A stretch of DNA of 64,000 nt from contig NC_043003.1 in assembly GCF_006345805.1 (NCBI RefSeq), positions 58,590,001-58,654,000 of the forward strand. The letters are read 5' to 3'. This stretch comes from Octopus sinensis. Lineage: Eukaryota. Every line of letters starts with the position of its first letter. Within the stretch, counting starts at the first letter, position 1. This document shows positions 26,301 to 39,680 of this stretch, one piece after another. The notes beneath the pieces are model-generated. The model saw only the letters and a program-made list of their open reading frames with translations. It was not told where the DNA came from and searched no databases. A program made the translations under genes and the position numbers.

Positions 26301-27000
26301 CGCAACTGGTACTCGATTTATTGACCCTGAAAGGATGAAAGGCAAAGTCAACCTCAGCAGAATTTGAACTCAGAACGTAAAGACAGATGAAATTCCGCTA
26401 AGCATTTTGCCCAATGTGCTAACATTTCTCCCAGCTTGCTGCTTTGCATACCACAAATAATAAAGTGAAGACATGCAAGAGGTGCATTAAAAACAAGTTC
26501 AACTTCCTACCTCCATTGTCCATAGAAAACAACAAGGCAGAAGAGAAAGTACATGTCCTAACTACAACACACAACCAACCTGTGAATGTCAGAATGGTTT
26601 TCAACAAGACGGGAATATGGCATATTTAGAGATACAGATCTGTGGATCACAAGTTGTCAAGTTAACTACTTATGTCAAAGGTCTTATTAAATAAGATTAG
26701 CTACACAGCAACAATTCCTGCACCTACCAAATTGGTGCCAAGCTTTCAGCAGTGACATAGATATAATGTGGGCCACCCAAGACAGCCCTTGTGTTTTCCA
26801 CTCCTCCTTATCTCCAACCTCTATAAAGGCTTATAAAAGTGCCGCCCCTATAAAAGAAATGCCCAGGGGCAGATCTCCCACTGAGCTACTGGCTTTCAGC
26901 ATTCTTTAAAAGGATTATTACTACTACCTTCCTACCTGCCGTTCCTTAATCAAAACATCTCCATAAGTAGTAATGCTGCAGACAAAACCATAGTAAAAAA

Positions 27001-27610
27001 CGCAGGAGTGGCTGTGTGGTAAGTAGCTTGCTTACCAATCACATGGTTCCGGGTTCAGTCCCACTGCGTGGAACCTTGGGCAAATGTCTTCCACTATAGC
27101 CTTGGGCCAACCAAAGCCTTGTGAGTGGATTTGGTAGATGGAAACTGAAAGAATCCCGTTGTATATATCATCATCATCATCGTTTAACGTCCGTTTTCCG
27201 CGCTAGCACAGGTTGGACGGTTCGACCGGAGTCTGGGAAGCCAGCGCTGCACCAGGCTCCAGTCTGATCTGGCAGTGTTTCTACAGCTGGATGCCCTTCC
27301 TAACGCTAACCATTCCGCGAGTGTAGTGGGTGCTTTTTACGTGCCACCTGCACAGGTGCCAGGGGGGGGGGGTCTGGCATCGGCCACGATTGGTTGGTGC
27401 TTGTGTCTGTGTTTGTCCTGCCAACATCGCTTGACAACTGATGCTGGTGTTTTTACGTCCCCGTAATTTAGCAGTTCGGCAAAAGTGACCGATAGAATAA
27501 GTACTAGGCTTACAAAGAATAAGTCCCGGGGTCAATTTGCTCGACTAAAGGCGGTGCTCCAGCATGGCCACAGTCAAATGACTTAAACAAGTAAAAGAGT
27601 AAAGAGTAAA
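27001..27610 (+). mobile_element. SINE family A with an antisense family C SINE in its central microsatellite
   Basis: Family C segment at about 27168-27395 beginning (CAT)n CGTTTAACGTCCG. Confidence 0.85.
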
Positions 27611-27874
27611 CCTTCTCAAATTCTTATTCGTCAACCTAAAAAAACTATCAGATCATGTTAACAAAGAAATTGTTATGCTGTTGCTCAAATTGCTAGAAAT
27701 TGTACCAAAATTTCCCTCAAAACTCACCCAACTTTCTTTAAAAAAGGGATGATACATTGAATTAAGTAGTAGTCGATACACTATTCATGAAAACACGATG
27801 GGAGAGTCATGGCAGGTAAGATTTTGTTGATTGGTCTAATGGATGGCCAAGGATTGAACAGTTTTGTCAGATCA

Positions 27875-28145
27875 CAAAGAAAGAGAGCAGGGAGAAGGAA
27901 GAAAAAGAGGAAGAGAGAGGAAGGAAGGAAGAGAAAGGGAAGGAAGATAGAGAGAAGGAAGAAAAGAGCGAGGGGTTGGAAAGAAAGAAGGAAGATAGGA
28001 AGAGGGGAAAGAAGGGAAGGAAGGAAGGAAGGAAAGATGAGGGGTAGGAAAGAAAGAAGGGAGGAAGAGAGGATAAGAAGGAAGACAGAGAGAGAGGGGG
28101 GGAACGAAAGGAAGAAGGAAGAGAAAGAGAGAAAGAAAGAGAGAA
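27875..28145. repeat. Purine-rich (GAAG/GA)n tract
   Basis: Direct reading. Confidence 0.9.
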
Positions 28146-28149
28146 TGTC

Positions 28150-28690
28150 TTCCACTAAATTAAAACAGTTCCCACCTCCAGTGCTTACCAGATTCTTTAA
28201 TCTTTCTCCCTAGAGACAGTAACAGGTGTAAATAATTACCTAACTTCTTAAATCTTTTATATGTCTTCTCAATAGCTGCTAAAACAGTTCTCATGGAGCC
28301 ACATGTAACAGACATTTCCTCTCCTATGTAAGACATGCTGTTGCTCTTCACATTACCAAATCCTTCAAATCTGTTTGGCGTCAGAGCCTCAGAAGTTGTC
28401 TGCTTAAGATCTCTAATTATCTCTCAACTCTTTACATCAGAAGTTTCCTGTCGAACAGTTATACTGTAGTATGTTGTTGGAGCTCTTTCTAAAGCTACAT
28501 TCCATCAAAACTAATAGAGAGCTCAAATTTGTTGTCCAAACAATAATGACATACAACTGGTTGCTTCTGATCAAACAGTCCTTCCTACACAGACGATATC
28601 ACCCTTCATGCTTTGATCTTCTACACGCAAGTGTCATTCGCAGGCTATCAGCACAAACCAGACTTGTACTGTGGCTCCATGTAATAAAAT
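28150..28690 (+). mobile_element. Highly decayed LINE reverse-transcriptase remnant
   Basis: PVLTRFFNLS and AVALHITKSFKSVW resemble LINE RT motifs (xxLDxxKAFDxVW). Confidence 0.4.
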
Positions 28691-28709
28691 CATAAAAGTA
28701 TCCTCCTCC

Positions 28710-29000
28710 CAAGGAAGGAAGGATAGAGAAAAAGAGAAAAGGATGAAAGAAAGGATAGAGAAAAGGAAAGGATGAAAGAGAGAAAGAAAGGATAGAGAAA
28801 AAGAGAAAAGAAAGGCTTAAAGAGAGAGAGTGAAAGAAAAAAGAAAGAAAGGATAGAGAAAAAGAGAAAAGAAAGCCTAAAAGTGAGAGTGAAAGAAAGA
28901 AAGGATAGAGAAAAAGAGAAAATGATAAAAGAAAAAAGAACGAAAAAAGAAAGAGTGAGAGAGAAAGATAGAATGAGAACAAAAAAAGAAAAGAAATGAA
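28710..29000. repeat. Purine-rich minisatellite with unit AAGGATAGAGAAAAAGAGAAAA
   Basis: The unit recurs about five times with variable spacers. Confidence 0.85.
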
Positions 29001-29774
29001 AAGGCTTTTTTTTTGTTTTGTTTTGTTTTTGTGGTTGTTTTTTTTTGGGGGGGGGGGGTCAAACGTGCTTAATTTCATTCTGATCTCTCGTTTTCAGTCA
29101 GCGGAATATACTGTTACATCTACAAATAATTGTCTCTGCGTTTAGGGTGAGATCAAATTGTAATATGCAACGTCTTCAGCTAATGGTTTCACTCGTCACT
29201 TTGAACAGGTGCACCATTCTCTCTAATTAAGAAAACCGTTGGCAGTGTTAGTTTTGACTACAAGAGTACATTACAAATAATTATAAGGCCGGCAATTCGG
29301 GGGGAGGGGGAGATATTAATCAATTTAACTGACCCCAGCACTTGACCGGTTACTTTACATACCCAAGAGAGATCTACTTCAGAGGGATGAAAGTAAATTT
29401 TATCTAATAATAATCCTTTCTACAATAGGCACAGGACTTGAAATTTTGAGGGGATAATGTAAAGGATAACGTAAAGACGGACGAAATGCTGATAACGATT
29501 TTACTAGTTCGTCGCCCCGCGTTTACAAGGCGTGCAATTTCGCAGGAGGGAGTGAGTCAATTACATTAACCCACTACTGTCAAGTAGTGGAGTAGTGGGT
29601 TGATGAAAAGCAAAATCGACTCTGCGAGATTAGAACTCAGAACGTAAAGACGGACGAAATGCTGCCAAGCATTTTGCCGGACGTGCTAACGATTGTACCA
29701 CCTCGCCGCTTTAGTTTACGTAGTAGTAATAATAATAATGATTAACGTTAATAAAATATTTAAAATACATATTC

Positions 29775-29960
29775 TCACGTAACATTCGCTCAATTGATAG
29801 ACATGTGACAGTGGCGTCGTTGGTTACAAGTCTCTAATGGGCCAATCATTCGTTCACTACATTTCTGACGTCGTACGAATCAATGTCTGCAACTCGGTGC
29901 AGAACAAATATCGCAGGAAACTTTATTCGACGAGCCACGTTTTTCTTTTTCTCGTCTATG
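29775..29960. promoter_or_regulatory. CpG-rich non-repeat patch with CCAAT box and CRE-like site; possible alternative promoter of paralog 1
   Basis: GGCCAATCA at about 29840; TGACGTCG at about 29866; minus-strand donor-like TAC|GTGAGA at 29778. Confidence 0.35.
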
Positions 29961-30510
29961 CTTAACATCTAGTGAACGGTATACGATATATAAATGATTT
30001 ACGGTGGCCTTTATATAGTTTTTGTCATTTGCAACTCGAGGTTAACACTTGCCCAATATGCCGCGCACTGGAAATCCCCCCTTGAACCATATGGATCGAA
30101 AGCAAACTGTTGTTTACATAATTAAGAAGGTAAATAGCTATAAGGGAAGATGGATCGGCTACATATATTATTGATGTTACAAAAAGAAAACAGAAAACAA
30201 AAGAAATCATAGAAATAAGTTGTTTTTTTTAAATAACTTTTTTTTGGCAATTTGATAATTACGATTTTTTTCTTTTCTTTTTTTTTTCTTTTTCAGAACA
30301 GAAATATAAAAAAGGTGCAAGATAAAATAAAATGCAGAAAGCAGGTTATTAATGAACACTGGATGTAAATATCATTAGAAGAATTTCTTCGAAAATATCT
30401 TTGATTAATAAAAAATAACAACACAAATAGCTATTTCATACAATTATGCATATTTTTTATCCATCGCACATAAAATTGTTTATCAGTAGAGACATATTAG
30501 AAGAACTTAC

Positions 30511-30854
30511 TGTTTTCTTATATATTTCTTCATCATTTGGTGCAGTCAGATGTAGAAATGTGAGAACATTATTAACAGACAACACAAAACATTAACTGAT
30601 AGCAGAGAACAAACTAAGTCATTTACGTAAAACAATGGCAAAAATAGCAAATGAGCAAACTAGTGGCGGTCTGCACGAGCAATTATGATACTCTGGGAAA
30701 AATTATTTCGCTCAATCGGATGGAGAGATTCCTCAAAAATATTAGATTTCTTTTCTCCAAACAGCAAAGAACTTAAAACCAACACAAAGACATTAGTGAT
30801 ACATTTCATTATAGACATAACTAATCCACCAAACCGGCAGCCATTGTTTCGTAG
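30511..30854 (-). other. Putative non-coding 5'UTR exon of paralog 1 (conserved block, copy 1)
   Basis: Minus strand begins CAG|CTACGAAA and ends TGAAGAAATATATAAGAAAACA|GTAAGT; homologous to 43077-43244 and 58906-59094. Confidence 0.6.
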
Positions 30855-31841
30855 CTGATTACTGAATGCAAAAATGCAGAGTATGTGGGAAAAATAATAA
30901 ATTATCATTTGTATTACTGATAAAACTAATATTAATAAAATTTACTTGACATACTTTCATAATAATTTATCATAGAAACAGATGGTAAAATCTATACAGT
31001 ATGCAAATTGGAATCGCTTTGATAAAATGGCAGAGTTAGGGGGCTGCTTCTTTTTTTTTTCTTTTTTTTTCAAATATAAGCTTTCGTGACGTTTGGAGGG
31101 GTCATCAACATTCGTATACTCCATATCTGATGGCGACAGTGACTTGAGATGTCCACGTACTGGGTTTTGAAAGCCTATATTTTAACAATCCAGGTGGCTA
31201 TACTAGTTTCTCATAACCGCATCTAGAAAGCTTTTAGTGTTTTACATAATACATCCTAATTACATACACATATGTATATATATATATATATTTCATTCTT
31301 TTTATTTATCTTATTTCACTAAGTATAGTGTTTTTTTTTACAATGCCTTGCTAGCTTCCTTTGCACTTCCCTACACCTTCCTCTCACCTACAATTTGCTT
31401 ACTCCTGTACCTTCTTGTACCTTCACTATCCCATATCACGACCATCCTACATGTGCACACCTCTATACACCCCACGAAACCACCTACACCCCACATTATT
31501 ACACACACACCTTCCTGCACGGACACCCCCCTATGCATGCACTCACCACATCGCCTCCTCTCCTCTTCCTAACTCCTCCTCATAGAACCGCTTTCTCTCC
31601 TGGCCTCTAATTTCGTTCTTTTTCTCTTTTCCACCACCTTTCCTCTTGTTCTTTTCCCCCTTTTTACTTTCTTTTCCTTTCACCTGGTGAAGAACTAGCA
31701 TCCTAAACGTCAAAGGCTATAGCTCTTCCTTTTAAGCATTATACTAATTACACCTTTGTTAAAATTCAATTGGTCTTTACCTTCTTCATCCATCTATCCA
31801 TGCATGCATGCATACATGCATGCATACATACATACATACAT

Positions 31842-31878
<37 letters not shown>

Positions 31879-32293
31879 TACATACATAGATAGAAAATAC
31901 CCATCAAAATGTTGTTGATGTTGAAATTCCAATGAAGGAGTCTTGGATCTAGGTTAGAAACCGGTTCTTTCTCTATTGGCAAGAAATCTTGGAATAAACT
32001 GAATAATGACATACATACATGATAGTTGTGCACTCTTGACCAAGGAAGACCATCACTGACCATTAAGAACTTTGTGCACTTCACACTTATGTCTTTGCTG
32101 GTAGCTAATGAGCTCAGCACTTGATAAAACATACATATCTGCAGTTATTGTAGACTAAGCTTCCTCCATTCTCTACTCTGGCTTGCTTAAATTCTGTATG
32201 AAAATAGTTTTTTTTTTAATGCATACATGCATATACATATATGCGTATATACATACATACATACAAATATGCACACGCACACATATATATATA

Positions 32294-33892
32294 CAGTTGC
32301 GGCCAAAATGTTCAGAATGGCATTGTTTTCGCCAGAAAAGTAGGTATAAGTTTTTATCAAAGTTGTTTTATATTCTATAATTTTCACAGACAATAAATAC
32401 GATATTAATTATTATGGTCTGAGATTTTGGTGTAATTTGAGTGCATAATACAAAAGTTATAGATGATTTAGTGATTTACTGCAAAACCCATGGCGGCCAA
32501 AATGATCAGAACGGTTGCTTTTACTCCGTGTTTTGGTATATTTAACTGGCGAACTCTAATGTTTTGAATTTGTTTATGCGATGGTTGGTTTACTAAACAT
32601 TAGTAAGAATATCTGCAGTGTACTTTGTTAATATAATGCCACTTACTCCGTTACCAATTCGTCAGCAGATTATTAAGCTTCGAAAGAAGGATAATTTAAG
32701 TATTGGGTCTATTGCAAAGATTGTTAACAAGTCAAAAAGTGTTGTTCACGATATTCTTAAGGTCTTCGATGATTGTGGTTCGTGTGAAGCATGAAAGTCT
32801 ACAGGTAGGCCAAGAAAAACGACCAAGAGAGAAGATCGTGCTATGGTAAAGTTGGTTAAAAAGGACAGATTTAAAACTGCTGCTGCTGTTTCTCGGGAAA
32901 TGAGCATTGTACTGAAGAAAACGTTATCTCGAAAAACTGTGTCTCATCGTTTAGTTGAACATAACCTACAAGCAAGAGCACCTGCAGTGAAGCCACTGAT
33001 CAGCTCCAACCGAACATGTGTTGTGGTCTCAAGAAAAATGGCAAACGTTGCATTTCAGTGATGAATCTAAGTTTATGTTATTTGGCTCAGATGGGAAAAG
33101 GTACGTTCGTTGAAAAGTAGGTGAAAAATTGTCGCCTAAATGCCTTAAGACTAGTGTTAAATTTGGTAGAGGAAGTGTCATGGGATGGGGGATGATATCT
33201 GGAGATGGTGTGGGCTCTTTGGTGCGATTACACGGAAAGGTAAATGCAGGAGTTTATAAACAACTTGTAAAAGATCATGTCTTGCCTGTGCTGAGAAATT
33301 CAACTAAGCGACCACTCATATTCATGCAGGACAATGCCCCATGTCACAAGGCTAAGGTGGTCATGAACTTCTCAAGGCTGAAAAGGTTATTATTATGGAT
33401 TGGCCTGCTCAAAGCCCAGATTTCAATCCTATTGAAAATGTGTGGAATATTCTAGGAGAACGTTCGAAAGCCAGAAATCCTAAAACAACCGAGCAATTAT
33501 GGAATGCCCTTCAGGAAGAATGGAATAAGATCACCTAGCAAGAAATTGAAAATTTAATTTCCTCATGCAGTCAAAGATGTCAAAGTGTGATTGAAGCTAA
33601 AGGGCTTCACACTAAATATTAAATAATTCCAGTATTCTCTGACATTTTTGATTATTTTGTTATTTTTTCAACCGTTCTGATCCTTTTGGCCGTCATGAGT
33701 TTTGCAGTAAATCACTAAATCATCCATAACTTTTGTATTATCCTCTCAAATTACACCAAAATCTCAGACAATAACAATTAATATCGTATTTATTGTCTGT
33801 GAAAATTATAGAACATAAAACAACTTTGATAAAAACTTATATCTACTTTTCTGGCGAAAACAATGCCGTTCTGAACATTTTGGCCGCAACTG
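32294..33892 (+). mobile_element. Full-length (~1.6 kb) Tc1-family transposon with long IR/DR-type TIRs
   Basis: TA|CAGTTGCGGCCAAAATGTTCAGAA ... TTCTGAACATTTTGGCCGCAACTG|TA; ~220 bp inverted repeats with an inner repeat GCGGCCAAAATGATCAGAA. Confidence 0.95.
32636..33622 (+). pseudogene. Inactivated Tc1 DDE transposase
   Basis: Motifs GRPRKT, FSDESKF, FMQDNAPCH, SPDFNPIENVW, GLHTKY*; several stops and frameshifts. Confidence 0.9.
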
Positions 33893-33955
33893 TATACACA
33901 CACATATATATATATACACACACACATATATATACATACATATACATATATATAC

Positions 33956-33993
<38 letters not shown>

Positions 33994-34199
33994 TGGTTGT
34001 ATACTGTTAACATAACGGGACAGTCCCGTAAAGGGAATTACACCACCGCTATTTAGCCCTAGGAAGCATCGACACTTCCTGTCGGCTTTAACATATTTCC
34101 TGTGTCCTTATATATATATATGACCTGTCGTTTTTTTGTGTCGTCTCCTTGTGTTCTTGTCTACTTAGTAATTTATATTTTATGTTAAATTGCATATAT

Positions 34200-34343
34200 A
34201 TATAAAGGGCATTCCTACACATAAATAATGCCTCATGCTATGAGGGACTCTATAAGTCAAAACTACCATAATGAATATGGTAGTCTTGACTTATAGAGTC
34301 CCTCATAGCATGAGATAGTTACATGTAGTAATGCCCTTTATAT
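34200..34343. repeat. Near-perfect palindrome (hairpin MITE-like)
   Basis: Core 34232-34314 has 39-bp arms with one G-U-compatible or mismatched position around a 5-nt loop; outer arms ATATAAAGGGCATT / AATGCCCTTTATAT. Confidence 0.85.
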
Positions 34344-35709
34344 GAATAAATATATTTAAAGGGAATAATTATGAATTTTTCCCTTGTGAGGTTTTTGATG
34401 CTGACTACTAGATAAATTCTTATCCCATTTTTAAATTTTATGTGTGTGTGTGTGTGTGCATGTATACATATATTATAATATGTCTTTGATAGAAGTTGAC
34501 ACATGACTGAATAAGACAACTTCTTAGTATCAAGTCTGTGGTTGTTGTTTTTTTATACTAGATGTAACTCAGGATATTTAATTTCTTTTTCTAGTGTTAT
34601 ATAATAAATAAAGGTTTATTAAAATATCACAAATAATAATAGGAACTTAATTTTTTTTTGAGTGGGTAAAGTGTTGCACAGCACTGAACCCACTTTTTAG
34701 TGCAAACAGCTATACAACTGTTAGCATAACAAAAGATGAGACAACAGAAACTAAATGCACTTTGGATTTTTTTATACAAGTTTACCTTCTCCTGAAAAGA
34801 AGGTCTACTGAGAATTAGGAGTTGTTAACATACTAGTTAATCCGTAGCTAGGACCTTGACAGGTGCTTCTACCAAAGGTCAGAGTAGACATATGAACAAA
34901 TAATAGCTAATAGGTGATTCCATGCACATTAAAACCTTGAAACTTGAACCAGAGCTCCACTACTGGATGCCGTTTAAAGTCATACTCAGGACATACAATA
35001 TATACATGCATGCATACATACATTTATAAATACATACAAGCATGTATGCATGCATACACACATTTAAACATGTATTGGCTTCTGTCTATGCAAAATCAGA
35101 TAGACAGAAACAGTATGGTACCCTGTCAGGAATTCAAAGTCCATTTGTCATACTGTCATGCTGATTCTAGTTGAGATTTAAATACTAATTAAACTTAAAT
35201 GTTGAAGTGAATCGAACGGCTTTTGTGTGTTTCTTAAATGGCTTACAAACACCTTCCATGCTGCAATTGTTTTCGTTTCAGCACATGATCTCAGATCAAA
35301 TCACTTGCTATGCAAGTACATCTCCGTAAATACTAATTGTTCTATATTTAATCTGTCTATAAATATCCGTTGAACGTAAATAATGTTAAATACTCATTGT
35401 TTCACACACTAATTGAATGTGTTGGTTGGTCAGTTGTGCATTTTTTACAGGAGAGCCCATCATATATATAAAGGGGTGCTGAAAAGTTCCTTGCTTTAAA
35501 GGTATTGAGAAAGGCGTTGTTGGAGGTCCAACCTTCTGAGTTCTTTTACAAAGTTTGGGAAAGCTGAAGGACTGCTGCAAAAAGTGAATCTGAGAAAGGA
35601 ATATGTTGAATAAAATCATAATTAACTGATCCTCCTGGATTTTCTTTTATCCAAAACCAGGAACATTTCATATATATGTATATATATGTGTGTTTGTGTG
35701 TGTGTGTGT

Positions 35710-35920
35710 ATTCTTTTACTTGTTTCAGTCATTTTACCATAGCCATACTGGAGCACCGCCTTTAGTTAAACAAATCAACCCCAGAACTTATTCTTTGTAA
35801 GCCTAGTACTTATTTTATCAGTCTCTTTTGCCGAACTACTAAGTGACAGGGATGTAAGCAAACCAGCATCGGTTGTCAAACAATGGTTGGGAGAGATACA
35901 CACACACCACACACACACAC

Positions 35921-35953
<33 letters not shown>

Positions 35954-36108
35954 TATGACAGACTTCTTTCAGTTTCCCTCTACCAAAACCACTCACAAGG
36001 CTTTGGCCAACCTGAGGTTATAATTGAAAACTCTTACCTGATGTGGCACTGAACCCGGAACCATGTGGTTGATAAGCAAGCTACTTACCACACAGCCACT
36101 CCTGCGCC
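35710..36108 (-). mobile_element. SINE family A
   Basis: Full-length reverse match. Confidence 0.85.
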
Positions 36109-36150
36109 TGCGTATATATATATAGAGATATAGATATAGATATAAATATT

Positions 36151-36201
<51 letters not shown>

Positions 36202-36964
36202 CCACACATATATATATATATACATGCATACACATACACACAGAAATATTTATATAACGGTATAGGAATATATATGCATATACACGTATATGTATAAACA
36301 AACATATATGCATGTACGTTTTCTAATAAATATTCATGTATATGTGTGTGTGCATAAAGTGGTTGGTATTAGGAAGGGCATCCAGCCATAGAAACCATGC
36401 CAAAACAGACAAAACAGCACTCAGGCAGCTCTCCAGCTGGTCAGCTCCTCACAAACCCTCCAACCCAGCATGGAGAACAGATGACATCATCATCATCATC
36501 ATCATCACCATGGTGATGGTGGTGAAAGACTCGTAATAGTCAAATTACCAGTTTGTTTCATACTGGAGGTGGAGAACCATCTCCAGCAATCATCAGAAAT
36601 GGCTGAAAGGAACAGCATAGCATAGGTTCTGTCATCAGAGGACTGACAGTTTCATATCTAACTTGTGACTCTTAGGGCTATTGTGCCAAGAAATCACCCA
36701 GATCAAAGCCTTGGAAAAATATTTTGGAGTTATGTCCCTTGGATTTGGACCAAAATGAGCCACCTTGACTTCAAAAATATTTGTTGAGTGGGGTTGGAGA
36801 TGGGATAAGGGCAGGATGAAGTAGAGGTGCAAGGGGAAATGAGGAAAGTGGGGAGGGTTAATTTTAAAATCATGTGTGATGATGTACATGAATGTGTGTG
36901 TGTGTATTAGCTGGCGCTGTTAGTATTGTTAATGGTGTTGTTATATATATATATATATATATAT

Positions 36965-37200
36965 ACCGGAGTAAGCACATAAATGTGAAACAAGGTGGAA
37001 AAAAAGAGTACTCAAATACCAGAGGTAGAGTAACATGCTTCATTTAAAAGCAGCAGAAATATAACAAATATAACAGCAGAAATATAACAGAGTTTCACAT
37101 TATTTCTGTTCTATTTTAACAAAACTGTCTGACGAACGGGAACATGAAACTCTGAGTAACAGCTTTTGTTATATTTCAGCTGCTTTTAAATAAAGCACAT
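36965..37200. mobile_element. Penelope-like terminal repeat remnant in inverted configuration, within (TA)n, carrying a hammerhead motif
   Basis: Inverted arms TTTAAAAGCAGCAGAAATATAACAAA / TTTGTTATATTTCAGCTGCTTTTAAA; hammerhead core at 37125-37162. Confidence 0.55.
37125..37162 (+). ncRNA. Minimal type I hammerhead ribozyme motif
   Basis: CTGT-CTGACGA-ACGGGAACAT-GAAA-CTCTGAG-TA-ACAG: stem I CTGT/ACAG, core CUGANGA and GAAA, palindromic stem III, GUA cleavage triplet; one mismatch in stem II. Confidence 0.65.
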
Positions 37201-37539
37201 ATATATATATATATTAAAAAAAAGGAGGCAGTCAGAATTTTGGATAATTTTTTATTAGCGCTTTCATCTGTAAACTTAATATCTATTATTATTGGAGCAA
37301 CAGAATACATGCCAACAAGTCTGGAGCAAAGTCTGGAACTGAATATAGGTTCTTGGGGAGAGAAAACAACTTCTTAATTCATACACTACAAATGATCCCA
37401 ATATCTGGAGGAGGGGGAGGGGGAAGAGGAGAGGAGGAGGAGGGGCCGACAATGACGACGACTTATTTCCATAGAGCAAAAGAAACATACATGCCATGCC
37501 ACTATAATAGTAAGACATTGTCTCAGAAGAGGTGTTTGA

Positions 37540-37934
37540 CACCTCACAGATGTATTTAAATGGGAGAAAAATTATTTCAATGTGCTTTGTAAGGTAAATC
37601 ATTCAATTCAAATATATATTTTGGACCCTTTTATGTAATTACATCAGAGACAAATCACACATTTGCAATATCTGTGTGCAAAATGGCAGCAAGCTGACAA
37701 AATTGTTTGCATACTGGACAAAATGCTTAGCAGCATTTTACTCTTTTACTTGTTTCAGTCATTTGACTGCAGCCATGCTGGAGCACCACCTTTAGTCGAG
37801 CAAATCGCCCCCAGGACTTATTCTTTGGAAGTCTAGTACTTATTCTATCAGTCTCTTTTGCTTAACCGCTAAGTTACGGGGACGTAAATACACCAGCATT
37901 GGTTGTCAAGAGATTTGGGGGGGACAAACATATG

Positions 37935-37966
<32 letters not shown>

Positions 37967-38395
37967 CGACAGGCTTCTTTCAGTTTCCATCTACCGAATC
38001 CACTCACAAGGCTTTGATCGGTCCGAGGCTATAGTAGAAAACACTTGCCCAAGGTCCTATGCAGTGGGACTGAACCCAGAACCATGTGGTTGGTAAGCAA
38101 GCTACTTACCACACAGCCACTCCTGTGCCTATTTTATTCATTTTTATGTCTTGAGTACAAATTCCACTGAGGTTAAATAAGTACTAGGTAAACTCTGGAA
38201 TCGAATTATCCCTTTCACCCAAAATTACTGGTTTCATGCCAAAATTTGAAATCAATATCTCTGTGCAAAATCTTGCACATAATTCATTGTTATCTATCCA
38301 TAAATGTATTCCACACAGGTGATAAATTATACCAATGCAATATCTATGCTAAAATATTCTCTCAGAATTGGGATTTAACTAATTATCAAAGTAAG
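37540..38395 (+). pseudogene. Decayed C2H2 zinc-finger relic split by nested SINEs
   Basis: Fragments read GEKLFQCAL*GKSF, DKSHICNIC and HTGDKLYQCNIYAKIFSQNWDLTNY. A 17-bp near-identical duplication AATATCT(G/C)TGTGCAAAA at 37667-37683 and 38254-38270 flanks the inserted SINEs. Confidence 0.7.
37740..38130 (-). mobile_element. SINE family A nested in a family B SINE (37684-38253)
   Basis: Full-length reverse match, flanked by the family B head and tail. Confidence 0.85.
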
Positions 38396-39680
38396 AACCT
38401 CCACTATAAGGGCCTGTTCTTGTTGGGTGCCTCAATGACCTTTGAGAGCTAAGCTTCTAGTAGTGCCTCCCCTGGTTGGACAGGTCAAAGGATAGAGGCC
38501 AGACTAATCTGGACCACCTCTTTCTAGAACTAAAAATGGGTTTATGTAAGGCCAATACCCTTACCTAGTAAAAAGCAAAATTACAGAAGTGTTAACAACA
38601 ATTCAAAACCAACAAAACCTGTGAGAGGAAAAGCTAGTCCTGAGTCATGAAGTGAAGAAAAGTCACCAATGGTCTATGCTTCATCGATAATGAAGGGCCC
38701 AACATTAAAAACATCGAAGTAAGAATATGGTAGAGTAATAATGGTTTCAAATTCTAACACAAAGCTAGCAATGTCCAGGAAGAGGTTAAGACAAGTACAT
38801 CAACTCCAGTACTTAACTGGAACTTATTCTACTGACTGTGAAAGGATGAAAGGCAAAGTCGACCTTGGCAGAATTTGAACTCAGAACATGAAAGTGGATG
38901 AAATGCCACTAAGAATTTTGCCCAGCACAAGGCTTGAAATTTTGGGGTGGGAGCAAGTCAATTATATCAATCCTTGTATGTAAATGATACGTATTTCATT
39001 GACCAAATCCGCTCACAAGGCTTTGGACAGCCCGAGGCTATAGTAGAAGACACTTGCCCAAGGTGTAATGCAGTGGGACTGAACCCAGAACCATGTAGTT
39101 GGGAAGCAAGCTTCTTACCACACAGCCACATCTGCACCTATAAGTAGAATAATTTTTTAACATGGCGCCAACATGGATGCATTTTATGTGGCACCTGCAT
39201 GGATGCTTTTTACATGACACCAGCATGGGCACTCTCTATGTGGCACCAGCACAGGTGCTTTGTATGTGGCACTGGCACAGTGATTTTAACGTGGAACAGG
39301 CACAGGTGATTTTTATGTGTCTTTATTCTGAAAACCAGGAATGGATCTAAAACTTTTAAAACTTATTCAACTCTTTGATAAAGAAAGAAGAATTATATCA
39401 ATACAGGCCATTGCTATTATGCAAAAGTGTCGCAAGTCTAAAATGTTGCTTTATCAGGAAACGAAAAAATAGTTTCACCATTCCATAGCAAACTTGTTGT
39501 ACTACACTTTGACAATTTTTGATATCTTGGCATCTAAAGCAGTTGGAGATACAATAGTTTGACCAAGAGAACCAGCTATTGTAAGCAAAAATATATATTC
39601 AGAAAAACACATTTGGCCAAATTTGGATATACATAATATTTAACATAATAGCAAGGAAACTGTTTTATCTTCTCGTTACT

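Noticed and set aside
27781-29078. Long Phe/Leu/Ser or Arg/Lys/Glu ORFs (also 6490-6889)
   Set aside because: Purine/pyrimidine low-complexity tracts lacking stops by composition.
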